A stretch of DNA of 64,000 bases from a virus. The stretch lies in the IMG/VR virus record IMGVR_UViG_3300027744_000013, positions 44,087-108,086 of that record; one strand, 5' to 3'. The notes under the pieces were generated by a model that saw only the letters and a list, made by a program, of their open reading frames with translations, had not been told where the DNA came from and made no database searches. Positions 19,832 through 28,088 of this stretch are shown in pieces. Positions within the stretch are counted from its first letter, which is position 1. Every line of letters begins with the position of its first letter. The translations under genes were made by a program, and so were the position numbers.

Positions 19832-20281
19832 ATGCATCTGTACCACATACGCGACATCAATGATCCACAGGTTCGGGTCATCAAAGATGATCCAGTGCGA
19901 CCACACATTCCCCTGGAACAGCGTGTAAACGATCTAGCGGAAATACTGATATTGAAAGCCGGAGAAGAAGTGCTGGCGGCCACATGTATGCAATGGCTAC
20001 GTGATATCCCCAAAGATGAACAAGACCTTATTGATCTAGCTGAAACACATGATGTGGCTGTGTTCTATACCATTTGGTCATACAGTCCGGGCGCCGGTGC
20101 TGAACTGCTGAGACAGGCCGCGGAATGGTTACGCACAGAGTTCAAGGATATTAAAAGCATCGTTACGCTGAGTCCCCCAACTGAAATGGCTCGTAAGTTC
20201 CATATGAAGAACGGTGCCACAGTACACAAGACCAACGAGACCACAGTTAACTACAAGTACTACGATCGAGACGCCGCCTAG
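19832..20281 (+). CDS. Hypothetical protein, possibly GNAT-like
   Basis: YTIWSY.PGAG..LL, ARKFHMKNGA. Confidence 0.55.
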   Translation: MHLYHIRDINDPQVRVIKDDPVRPHIPLEQRVNDLAEILILKAGEEVLAATCMQWLRDIPKDEQDLIDLAETHDVAVFYTIWSYSPGAGAELLRQAAEWLRTEFKDIKSIVTLSPPTEMARKFHMKNGATVHKTNETTVNYKYYDRDAA

Positions 20282-20292
20282 TATATTGATAT

Positions 20293-20317
20293 CGCGAAGC
20301 GCCGCGCAAAAATTTTA
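20293..20317 (+). repeat. Imperfect inverted repeat, left copy (partner at 36345-36371)
   Basis: CGCGAAGCG-C-CGCGCAAAAATTTTA. Confidence 0.6.
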
Positions 20318-20396
20318 CTAAGCTACGAAGTAGCGAGCGGTAAAAGATTTTCTAGCACAATAAAAACCAACAGTTTATCTAGTTATAAATAAACTC

Positions 20397-20585
20397 ATGT
20401 TCCCACATTGTGTGCAGGTATCCTGGAGTAACGCACCCGGTCAAAACGACTGGATCAATCATGTTCTCAGCATAGATGCATGGTTAGATCAGTATGTGGG
20501 CCACACAAACTGGCAGTACACTACCAATGTGATTGCTTTTAGACAAGCCAAACATAAAACACTCTACTTGCTGTACTGGTCATAA
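20397..20585 (+). CDS. Small protein of the 'F.L.W' paralog family
   Basis: TATAAATA 5 nt upstream; C-terminal F......LYLLYWS. Confidence 0.6.
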   Translation: MFPHCVQVSWSNAPGQNDWINHVLSIDAWLDQYVGHTNWQYTTNVIAFRQAKHKTLYLLYWS

Positions 20586-20616
20586 GAAAAGGGTCTTACA
20601 ACCCATAAAAAATACT

Positions 20617-20665
20617 GCGCAAAAAAAATTACACCAGTACTTACGCACCACAGGGTGGTGATTTT
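20617..20665 (+). repeat. Degenerate direct repeat (partner at 22234-22281)
   Basis: GCGCAAAAAA..TTA..AGTACTTAC-N10/11-TGGTGATTTT. Confidence 0.65.
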
Positions 20666-20668
20666 ACT

Positions 20669-20869
20669 CTATTGGAATGTATTATCTTCGGGTGTGCAAC
20701 GTGGGCATGTGTCAGCAAAGCGTAGCTGAAATTGGGTATTGATGTGCCCGTGTGGTACCCAAAAGCGTGTGCGATTAAAGTGTACAGAGTGCTTGAGATT
20801 ACATGCTAGTATAAACTGTAGCACTTGAGGGAACTCTGGGTTAAGGGATAAGCAGTAGTATTCGTCCAT
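20669..20869 (-). CDS. Small hypothetical protein
   Basis: TAAATA 4 nt upstream, back-to-back with next gene. Confidence 0.6.
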   Translation of the reverse strand: MDEYYCLSLNPEFPQVLQFILACNLKHSVHFNRTRFWVPHGHINTQFQLRFADTCPRCTPEDNTFQ

Positions 20870-20895
20870 AGTGTATTTATACTAATAAATACCAT

Positions 20896-21195
20896 ATGAA
20901 GACTTTATTAACAGCTTGTGTATTTGTAGCCGCTACTGGCACGTTATCAGCACAACCACGTACTCTAAACAAGCCAGTTGTGTGTGATGCAACTGAAAAG
21001 GTGTTCAAAACAATAGTAGAAGACTTTAAAGAAACTCCACAATGGCAAGGGCGTAACCCGCAACAAGGTACCAGCACAGTGCTGACAGTTAACTTGACTA
21101 CTGGTGCGTGGACTTTGATCGAATACACTGATATAACAGCCTGTGTGATTGGTGTGGGTGAGAACAGTTCCTCAGCATGGGGAATCCCCATCTAA
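20896..21195 (+). CDS. Exported small protein
   Basis: Signal peptide, 2 Cys in the mature part, TAAATA 4 nt upstream. Confidence 0.65.
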   Translation: MKTLLTACVFVAATGTLSAQPRTLNKPVVCDATEKVFKTIVEDFKETPQWQGRNPQQGTSTVLTVNLTTGAWTLIEYTDITACVIGVGENSSSAWGIPI

Positions 21196-21211
21196 ATATC
21201 CATATATAAAC

Positions 21212-21637
21212 ATGCATGAAGCCAGCACTCCCATGATACGTCAACTATTGGTTGAGTGCTGTGATCGACAGGGTTGGCAATTGCCAGAAGACATAGTTAA
21301 CTACTGCACTATGGTACTGGCAGATCATGTGGCCAAACCCAATTGGCAACCAAAACCCAGTTATGCAGAACAATTTATGACTGTGCGCACTGTTGAGCAG
21401 TATATCAGTTTGGGTAACGAATGCTGGTTCACTAGGGCTGTATTTCCGGAGTTGATGATCAAGCGTGGTATTAACAGTAGCTACTATGTGGACATGGGCA
21501 TGGCCTGCTTTGATCAAGTGTTGACAAAAACTGCACATCCCACTGTGCGTAAGATCAGAGATCACTTTGAATTCACTGCTGAAGTAGCGTGGACAGCTAT
21601 ACACGCCAGGGATGGCTTTCGTAGCATGTGGGATTAA
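21212..21637 (+). CDS. Hypothetical protein
   Basis: ORF downstream of TAAATA at 21193. Confidence 0.6.
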   Translation: MHEASTPMIRQLLVECCDRQGWQLPEDIVNYCTMVLADHVAKPNWQPKPSYAEQFMTVRTVEQYISLGNECWFTRAVFPELMIKRGINSSYYVDMGMACFDQVLTKTAHPTVRKIRDHFEFTAEVAWTAIHARDGFRSMWD

Positions 21638-21669
21638 TTCAGTATGAGAAATTACTTCATAAATATAAT

Positions 21670-22197
21670 ATGCGAATAATAGAAATTGTAGAAACAATAG
21701 GGCCACACAATAACAAAGAGCTGGCATTGATGATCCAAGGTACAAAACCTGCGGCGTTAGTGTTTGATACTGAGTTGACCAAATGGAAGCCTTATATAGA
21801 CAAGTTTAAATGGACAGTGACTTCATTTAAAGACTTTAACGGTGGTGTTAGCTATGCTGTTAGTAAAGATCCAAACGGTGCTAAACAGATAGTACAGTTG
21901 TTTCAAACAGCCACAACAAGCAAAGTGGGTCCAGAGTTTCATGCACAGTTAGGACGCTTATTAGGCTACAGTGAAAAGGACATTGCTGAGTTTCTAGCAC
22001 AAAAGACCAGCACTGGTATACTGGGCAGTACAGGTAGGATCTTGGGTCAGTTGGGTCGTAGCATGTTGAGTGCTGTTAAAGTAGTAGGTGGCGCTGCCGC
22101 TACATTGGCAACATATAGTCCGGGACTTAACAGTGGGGAAGATGAAGAACTGGCACGTATACGGGCACAAGGTCCTAGAATTACACCTAGACAATAG
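21670..22197 (+). CDS. Putative head-packaged protein
   Basis: TAAATA-4-ATG, N-terminus MRIIEIVE, GRLLGY motif. Confidence 0.6.
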   Translation: MRIIEIVETIGPHNNKELALMIQGTKPAALVFDTELTKWKPYIDKFKWTVTSFKDFNGGVSYAVSKDPNGAKQIVQLFQTATTSKVGPEFHAQLGRLLGYSEKDIAEFLAQKTSTGILGSTGRILGQLGRSMLSAVKVVGGAAATLATYSPGLNSGEDEELARIRAQGPRITPRQ

Positions 22198-22392
22198 GAC
22201 CCGAAATGGGTCCTTGCTCCGCAGTTTGGGCCCGCGCAAAAAATTATAAAGAAGTACTTACAGATTCACCCTGGTGATTTTGCACCTATGGTGGTGAAAA
22301 AAGGCATGCGCTGTTGCTATAAAACAACAGTTGTAAATGTATATGCCCCGACCCCCACCCTGCCTCAAATACCATATCCCCACCGGTCGGTC

Positions 22393-22570
22393 AAAAAAAA
22401 GCCCCAACAACCGGGAGCGAATCGGATTTATATTGGGGCTTCAAGAACCCTTGCCGTTTGGACTTGGATTCTTCCTACTGACTGCTTGCCGGGAGCGAAT
22501 CGTTGGGCAGTCTACTACACGTACAGCTAGCACTCTACGGCGCTATGCTGTACCCGCATACATGCTAGCC
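22393..22570 (-). ncRNA. Candidate structured sRNA / 3'UTR with two anti-RBS loops, ending in an intrinsic terminator
   Basis: Four hairpins, two loops AUUCGCUCC, terminal stem AAGCCCCAA/UUGGGGCUU plus U8. Confidence 0.6.
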
Positions 22571-22571
22571 C

Positions 22572-23444
22572 TTAGGCGTTGCGCATACACGTTACTTCTA
22601 CCACAGCCCGCCACTTGGCAGGCATACTTACTCGGATGTCCGCTACCTTGAGCACCATACGCAGGCTCAGCTCACGCATACGATCAGCGTTGGCATTGAC
22701 AAACTCCACGCACTCGGCCTTGGCTTCATCAGTCAAATCGTATGCATCCAACATGCCCGCATCACGTACTACCTGTTTGATACGCAACAGCTTCTCACGT
22801 TGTGTGTCAATGGTCAAGTCCAAGTAGTGACAGCGTGACTCTAATGCTTCAAGGTGATCGCGTAGCTTCTTGCTACGCACGTGATCGAACTTGATGTTGG
22901 TAATGAAGATCGCACCACCCTTGAACTCGAATGAGTTAGGCATGCCTTCTTGCTGTAAGCTACGGCTGTCCGTGTTCCAGCAAATCATACGCTTCTTGCC
23001 CGAATCCAGTGCGGCTTTGAGAATGTTCAAGCTCAAGTCATCTAACAGTACTGAGTCACAGTCATCGAACACCAATATGGATTTCTTGTCTGAGAACTCG
23101 TACAGCTTCTTGTACAGGCCAATGGCACTCATAGCGCCTTTGACCACTTCGTACTTCTTCAGCTTTGAGTCATTGGCTACATCAGCGAACACATCGTGCT
23201 TGCTCAGTACCTTCTCTACACCAAAGCTCTTGCCCACGCCTGGAGGGCCTGTAACGATCATTGATCTAACATCGCCCTTTTTCACTGCACGGGTCATGTC
23301 TTCCAGGATCTCAAAGCGATCAGCCAAACGTTGCATGATCTCTTCATCTGTTTCTGTTAGTACTTTGTTCACGGGCTCTTGTGCCAATGATTTGGATTCT
23401 GCTGTGTCTTTAGCTAGACTCAATGCTGTATGTACCTTTGCCAT
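22572..23444 (-). CDS. AAA-family P-loop ATPase
   Basis: GPPGVGKS, LVFDDCD, FITN, ALESR. Confidence 0.85.
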   Translation of the reverse strand: MAKVHTALSLAKDTAESKSLAQEPVNKVLTETDEEIMQRLADRFEILEDMTRAVKKGDVRSMIVTGPPGVGKSFGVEKVLSKHDVFADVANDSKLKKYEVVKGAMSAIGLYKKLYEFSDKKSILVFDDCDSVLLDDLSLNILKAALDSGKKRMICWNTDSRSLQQEGMPNSFEFKGGAIFITNIKFDHVRSKKLRDHLEALESRCHYLDLTIDTQREKLLRIKQVVRDAGMLDAYDLTDEAKAECVEFVNANADRMRELSLRMVLKVADIRVSMPAKWRAVVEVTCMRNA

Positions 23445-23523
23445 CTATCGCTCCTTTGTTACGCTGTTAAAGAATTAATTATATAGTCAAGGGCACTGAT
23501 AGTCAATGCCCTTTGGTATGCAA

Positions 23524-23850
23524 TTAGTCCAATCTGCTACCACTGTATGCATTCAAACCCAATGCACGGAGGTACTCTGCGTAGGCATCTGCACCCGCTT
23601 CTTTGATGTCTATGTTCTGCACGGGCAGGTTGCCTGGGTTCCACATGCTAAGGCATTTGGGTTTGTAGTCCTTCTTGAACCCTGCGGCAATCAGCTCTTT
23701 GGCCTGCGCAGAGTTGGTGCGATCAACGAACACGTCTACCCAAGCAAAGCCACATGCGAATGCATCCTTACGGCCCATCTTGTCGTACATGGCAATGCTT
23801 GCCTGTTCTGCTAGTGTCTTACCGCTACGGATCTGTTCTGCTGTAATCAT
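23524..23850 (-). CDS. Early hypothetical protein (CGFAWV motif)
   Basis: Own promoter and GGAGCGAA RBS. Confidence 0.75.
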   Translation of the reverse strand: MITAEQIRSGKTLAEQASIAMYDKMGRKDAFACGFAWVDVFVDRTNSAQAKELIAAGFKKDYKPKCLSMWNPGNLPVQNIDIKEAGADAYAEYLRALGLNAYSGSRLD

Positions 23851-23893
23851 AAGTTTCGCTCCTTATTTGTTTGTGTAAGTGTATATTATACGA

Positions 23894-24181
23894 TCAAGCC
23901 AGCTCTTTGTCAACCACGGTTAACATGTTAGCAGGCACTCTCCAGAGGCCCTGACCGGTGTTGACTGTTACATATTTAATGGCAATCTTGGTAACGAAGC
24001 CACGTGTGAGTCGTCCGGTCTTGCCGGACGTGAACTCCACGTTATCGCCAACTGACATGCTACGTTTGATCTGTTTGGCTAGGTTAGCCCTGTTCCATTT
24101 GACCGCATCGATCATGCTACGAAGTTCGATGTCTGTCCAAGTGCCCAACATGATTGCGGTGTTGACTTGTTTGATATCCAT
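23894..24181 (-). CDS. Early hypothetical protein, SH3-like C-terminus
   Basis: Own promoter/RBS; VGDNVEF..G.V....WRV. Confidence 0.7.
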   Translation of the reverse strand: MDIKQVNTAIMLGTWTDIELRSMIDAVKWNRANLAKQIKRSMSVGDNVEFTSGKTGRLTRGFVTKIAIKYVTVNTGQGLWRVPANMLTVVDKELA

Positions 24182-24216
24182 TAAGTTCGCTCCTTATTGT
24201 TTAAGTAGTTATTATA

Positions 24217-24360
24217 TTACCAAAGCGTGGGGTTGTCAACCAGCTTCTTCCTGTTGTGAGCAATGATGCCTTCTTCAATGAACAGGGCCACGGCTAGGAT
24301 CGCCAGGAAGATCCACAAGGGCATGGTGTAGTAGAATGCGTAGAGGATAGCGTCGATCAT
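24217..24360 (-). CDS. 47-aa membrane peptide
   Basis: MIDAILYAF..LVDNPTLW; coupled to upstream ORF; not in the ORF track. Confidence 0.55.
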   Translation of the reverse strand: MIDAILYAFYYTMPLWIFLAILAVALFIEEGIIAHNRKKLVDNPTLW

Positions 24361-24554
24361 TGTGCGAACACCTCTTTGCTTAGGATTTCGTCTTCAACGA
24401 TCTGGTTGCAGGCGTTGAGTGTCAATTGCATGATTTGGTATGCTGTGGCCTTGGCCTCTACTGGCATGCACTCGATGTAGTCCTGAATCTCCGCTAGTGT
24501 GCGGGTTGCAAACAGACCGCTACAGGGAATTGGGTTATTGATGATATTGTACAT
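24357..24554 (-). CDS. Early hypothetical protein
   Basis: Own promoter/RBS. Confidence 0.7.
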   Translation of the reverse strand: MYNIINNPIPCSGLFATRTLAEIQDYIECMPVEAKATAYQIMQLTLNACNQIVEDEILSKEVFAQ

Positions 24555-24610
24555 TAGGTTCGCTCCTTAGTGTGTTTAAGTGTTTATTATACTGCCTTTT
24601 GGGCAGGGCG

Positions 24611-24772
24611 TCAACCTTGCAGATAGCAAGAATGTATAGTGCATCTGGACCCGTACTGGGCTTGGATCATAGCCTTGGCCCTGAAGTCATCGAATGCTGT
24701 GACCTGCGTGGTCACCCACTGTAGGCTACTGTCCGCACCTTCAACGCTGAATGTCACTTCGAATAGTCTCAT
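24611..24772 (-). CDS. 53-aa hypothetical protein
   Basis: MRLFEVTF..; TAATG coupling; not in the ORF track. Confidence 0.55.
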   Translation of the reverse strand: MRLFEVTFSVEGADSSLQWVTTQVTAFDDFRAKAMIQAQYGSRCTIHSCYLQG

Positions 24773-25038
24773 TACATGCTCCAATAGAGTTCGCTGGATG
24801 GGTCACATGAGCGCGGTGTATCATGTGGAATCTGTATGTCCTTGCCACTCATCAAGTTCTTCACAGTCTTCATTGTGGGGAACGCTTCTGCTCTAAAGCC
24901 CTGACCGCTGACTTCCTTGCACTCGCGAGCCATGCTGGCCTCATCTCTGTCTTGCCAAACTGTAGTTGATACAAGACGTTCACCGGTCTTCTTACGACGG
25001 TCCGTCTTGTAGATGTACATGGTGTAATCTTGTTTCAT
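24772..25038 (-). CDS. Early hypothetical protein
   Basis: Own promoter/RBS; ends CDPSSELYWSM. Confidence 0.7.
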   Translation of the reverse strand: MKQDYTMYIYKTDRRKKTGERLVSTTVWQDRDEASMARECKEVSGQGFRAEAFPTMKTVKNLMSGKDIQIPHDTPRSCDPSSELYWSM

Positions 25039-25082
25039 AAGTTTCGCTCCTTATTGTGTCTGTATGTTAGTATTATAAGGCC

Positions 25083-25787
25083 TTAAGCCACTTCTGTCAA
25101 TCGGATTACGAAGCCACTGTAGTCCTTCTTTGCACGACCTTTGGCCTTCAAACCAAGCATGATGCCCTTAGGGTCCAAAAAGCGCAAATCAGTTTCGTCT
25201 GCACTGGGTACGCCTGCGGGGATCTTGTCGTAGACCGCAACCACTGACATGCCTTGCAAGAGCGCATCTGCAACATCCGAATCATTGCCGTCAGCCTTGC
25301 TGAAGGTCAAGTGGTAGTTGGCTAGGTGCTTGACCTTACGACCCAGGACCTTGGTGTAGTCGTAGAACTGAACAAAGGAGAAGTATTCAAAGATGTTCTG
25401 TCCTGTGCTGGCTACCTTGTACTTCTCCCAGCTCAAGTCTGACGTGCCGTTTAAACGAAACACTGGAGTCAAGCCCTTGCGTTCTGCGAACTTGATGGCC
25501 TTAGTGATGTCGTTAACCAAGTCCTGCATGAAGCCTTCACGGTTGTCAAAGAAGTATTGTGTCTTGCGGATGCGAGCCTTTTGGATCATGTTGGTGTTCT
25601 CACCCTTCTTGAACATGCCACCACGTCCTGCGGTGTTAAGGCATGCGGCAATGCAACCCTTTGTGGCCTTTGGGCAAGTGTTCTTGCCTGACAAGTCGCT
25701 GGGTGCAAGGTGCAGGATAAAGCTGAGATAGCCCATCTTAGTACCCTTTTGGATCTTAGGATTGGCAGTGCTGAGTAATTTAAACAT
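25083..25787 (-). CDS. Gp88-like protein with Cys-triad (radical-SAM-like) motif
   Basis: CPKATKGCIAACL, RLNGTSD, FYDYTK. Confidence 0.7.
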   Translation of the reverse strand: MFKLLSTANPKIQKGTKMGYLSFILHLAPSDLSGKNTCPKATKGCIAACLNTAGRGGMFKKGENTNMIQKARIRKTQYFFDNREGFMQDLVNDITKAIKFAERKGLTPVFRLNGTSDLSWEKYKVASTGQNIFEYFSFVQFYDYTKVLGRKVKHLANYHLTFSKADGNDSDVADALLQGMSVVAVYDKIPAGVPSADETDLRFLDPKGIMLGLKAKGRAKKDYSGFVIRLTEVA

Positions 25788-25853
25788 TGTTTTCGCTCCA
25801 GTGTTTGTTTGTATGTAAGTATTATAGCAGGATTGGGCCCACCTGTCAACCGA

Positions 25854-26084
25854 TCAATCCCAGCTTTTCTTGTCCCCAAACTGCTCATTGTACTGATAAC
25901 CCGCCAAGTAGGCCTGGATCTCTGTAGGCGTCATTTGGCTCTGATCAACGCGATCGCCGTTGTAAGTACCTTCTGGGTACATATGGGGATCACGTGGGCG
26001 ATGGTAGTAAGAGTCTGCTGATCCACGATCGAATGCACCACCGTGCTCTGTATTGTAGTTCTGTTTGGTTTCTAATGTGATCAT
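25854..26084 (-). CDS. Early hypothetical protein
   Basis: SD AAGGAG; HGGAFDRGSADSYY. Confidence 0.7.
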   Translation of the reverse strand: MITLETKQNYNTEHGGAFDRGSADSYYHRPRDPHMYPEGTYNGDRVDQSQMTPTEIQAYLAGYQYNEQFGDKKSWD

Positions 26085-26284
26085 ACAGTCTCCTTGACAA
26101 TCAATTTGCTTAATGGGCCAATCAGTTCTAACTCCTTGGGGTTGTACCATGCAACCTTCTGCATAGAACCCTCTGGAATAACTAGGCTAACATCGCCATG
26201 GTCGTTTACTTCAGCAACCACAGCCAGTGTACCGAACTTGGTCCAGACAGCGTCTAGTACCTTAAGGGGCTTCTTCTTGCTCAT
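26081..26284 (-). CDS. Early hypothetical protein
   Basis: SD AAGGAG, ATGA coupling. Confidence 0.65.
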   Translation of the reverse strand: MSKKKPLKVLDAVWTKFGTLAVVAEVNDHGDVSLVIPEGSMQKVAWYNPKELELIGPLSKLIVKETV

Positions 26285-26658
26285 ACAGTCTCCTTAATGA
26301 AATAACGATATGGGAGGCCTAACAAGAAGCAAAGGTACTCGTCGTCACCATTGCTACCCTCTGCCTCATGGACCCAACGCAGGGCCATCTCACGGTCCTT
26401 AGCACCCGTCTGTAGGAGACCCAGCATACGCATTTCGAAGTCATGCTTGGCTACTTCTTCACGGGCCAATTGCTCTGTATAGTTCTCATCGATGGTCTTG
26501 GCCAGGCTAACGAACTCAGCTTCGAACTGGGCTTCAGTCCACTCTGTAGTGTCGATACCGCGTGGGCGAACGCCATAGGCATCCTTGTACATATCCCAGA
26601 ACTGGCAAGCATATTGCTCTACGGTACTCATCTCTTCCCAGCTTTTGAATTCATTCAT
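26281..26658 (-). CDS. Early hypothetical protein (YKDAYGVRPR)
   Basis: Own promoter/RBS; start MNEFKSW. Confidence 0.7.
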   Translation of the reverse strand: MNEFKSWEEMSTVEQYACQFWDMYKDAYGVRPRGIDTTEWTEAQFEAEFVSLAKTIDENYTEQLAREEVAKHDFEMRMLGLLQTGAKDREMALRWVHEAEGSNGDDEYLCFLLGLPYRYFIKETV

Positions 26659-26820
26659 CTTATGCTCCTTTGTGTGTCTGTATGCTAGTATTATAGCAAA
26701 GCCAGCCCAAAGTGTCAACCACGAGAGTGTTGTATTAATACAACAGGCACCGACCCCGTCCACCCCCCTCTGTTCGACTATGCTAGTATACGATCGGGTG
26801 GGGTTTCTGTCAACCAAAGA

Positions 26821-26895
26821 TGGTCCGGCGTAACGGAATCGAACCGCTATTTAGGGAGTAGAAATCCCCTGTATTATCCATTATACGAACGCCAG
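26821..26895 (-). tRNA. tRNA-Arg(TCT)
   Basis: Acceptor CTGGCGT/ACGCCGG, anticodon stem GGGGA/TCCCT with loop TTTCTAC, GGTTCGATTCC, encoded CCA. Confidence 0.88.
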
Positions 26896-26896
26896 A

Positions 26897-26975
26897 TGGT
26901 AGGCCCTCCCAGAGTCGAACTGGGCACCAATGGATTATGAGTCCACTGCTCTAACCAAGCATGAGCTAAGGGCCT
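26897..26975 (-). tRNA. tRNA with CAT anticodon (Ile2-like or Met)
   Basis: Acceptor AGGCCCT/AGGGCCT, loop CTCATAA, T-loop TTCGACT, CCA; resembles bacterial tRNA-Ile2. Confidence 0.88.
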
Positions 26976-27168
26976 ATGATAATTTAATACGTTCTAACTC
27001 TATCAACTCGCCTTCTTCGTCTTCCTTGTAGATGACGTACTCAGTATGGTACTCATCAATGTTAGCGTCAGCGATTTGACGGGCTTCTTTTAGACTCTTT
27101 GTAGTATCAACGAGATCTTCATGGCCATCTGCATCAATGGACCAAACCTCATAGAGTTCCCAGTTCAT
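26974..27168 (-). CDS. Acidic hypothetical protein
   Basis: ORF in early array. Confidence 0.6.
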   Translation of the reverse strand: MNWELYEVWSIDADGHEDLVDTTKSLKEARQIADANIDEYHTEYVIYKEDEEGELIELERIKLS

Positions 27169-27343
27169 CTTTCGTGCTTTCGTAGTTTAGGAGGTCACAG
27201 AGCTTGATTGCTATCTGCTCTGCTTCGTGCTGGTTATCGCGAGCGATAACGCATAAGACGCGGCCTTTCGGGTGACTCTCGAAGTCTCGTATGACAACCT
27301 TGTTGTCTCCGTAATCGTCACTTAGAGAGCACCCGTACCGCAT
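27149..27343 (-). CDS. Hypothetical protein
   Basis: ORF in early array. Confidence 0.55.
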   Translation of the reverse strand: MRYGCSLSDDYGDNKVVIRDFESHPKGRVLCVIARDNQHEAEQIAIKLCDLLNYESTKDELGTL

Positions 27344-27346
27344 TAA

Positions 27347-27715
27347 TTAGAACGGAGCGTCTTCGTTCTCAACAACCTTAGCAGTCTTTGTCACGCCAGG
27401 GGCTTTGACAGCTTTGGTTGGTGCTTTGGCAACTGGTGCCTTGGCCTTAGGAGCAGCCTTAACCTTAGGAGCCTTTTCCTCAAGGTACTCTGCAATTGCT
27501 GATTGAGCAGCCGCATCACTAAAGTCTGCCATGGTGGCAATTTGTTTCACTGCTTCATACTTTGAAACAGGAGTATCCAACTCGCACAAGCGGATGTCTT
27601 CGTGTCCGTGTTTCGCAAGTACCTTGATACGCATGATATCAGTTGCGAAGCGAACCTTGTACTCGCCGCCGAGCTTTGATACACCAACGATGTTAAATGT
27701 TTTATCTGTAGCCAT
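27347..27715 (-). CDS. Protein with Lys/Ala/Pro histone-H1-like tail
   Basis: KAPKVKAAPKAKAPVAKAPTKAVKAP; SD GAGG. Confidence 0.7.
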   Translation of the reverse strand: MATDKTFNIVGVSKLGGEYKVRFATDIMRIKVLAKHGHEDIRLCELDTPVSKYEAVKQIATMADFSDAAAQSAIAEYLEEKAPKVKAAPKAKAPVAKAPTKAVKAPGVTKTAKVVENEDAPF

Positions 27716-27762
27716 TTGTAATACCTCTTCTGTGTGTGATTAAAATTAGTTAAAGAACTTCT

Positions 27763-28038
27763 CTAACTGTTATTATTATAGTGCCGTTTCGCCTTCTTGT
27801 CAACCATTTTGTTTGCCTTTTGGGCAACCATTTGGAACTCTTTTTGGATATAATGTGCAACCATCATGTTCTTAATCATAATGGTTAAATCGGACCCATG
27901 ATCATCTGGACAGATGAATCGGACAGGGCAAGTGCCCCATCCACCGTATTCTACGAACTCAAAGTACCAGCGCCTATGAGCTTTGTTAGCAGGATCAAAG
28001 GCTACCAGTGGACGGGCAAGATATTCTAGTCTACTCAC
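27763..28038 (-). CDS. Hypothetical protein
   Basis: ORF in early array, WGTCPVRF. Confidence 0.6.
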   Translation of the reverse strand: MSRLEYLARPLVAFDPANKAHRRWYFEFVEYGGWGTCPVRFICPDDHGSDLTIMIKNMMVAHYIQKEFQMVAQKANKMVDKKAKRHYNNNS

Positions 28039-28088
28039 GATCCCTTGCCCATTTTGCCATAATGGCTTCTAGTTGGTCCATTGCTTCT

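Noticed and set aside
22288-22651. Plus-strand ORFs over the hairpin region
   Set aside because: Atypical composition and no RBS; the region is better explained as structured RNA/terminator.
26821-26895. Amber suppressor tRNA (CTA) and stop-codon recoding
   Set aside because: Stem pairing centres the loop on TCT; conserved genes are intact in code 11 and TAG serves as a stop (1076, 3351).
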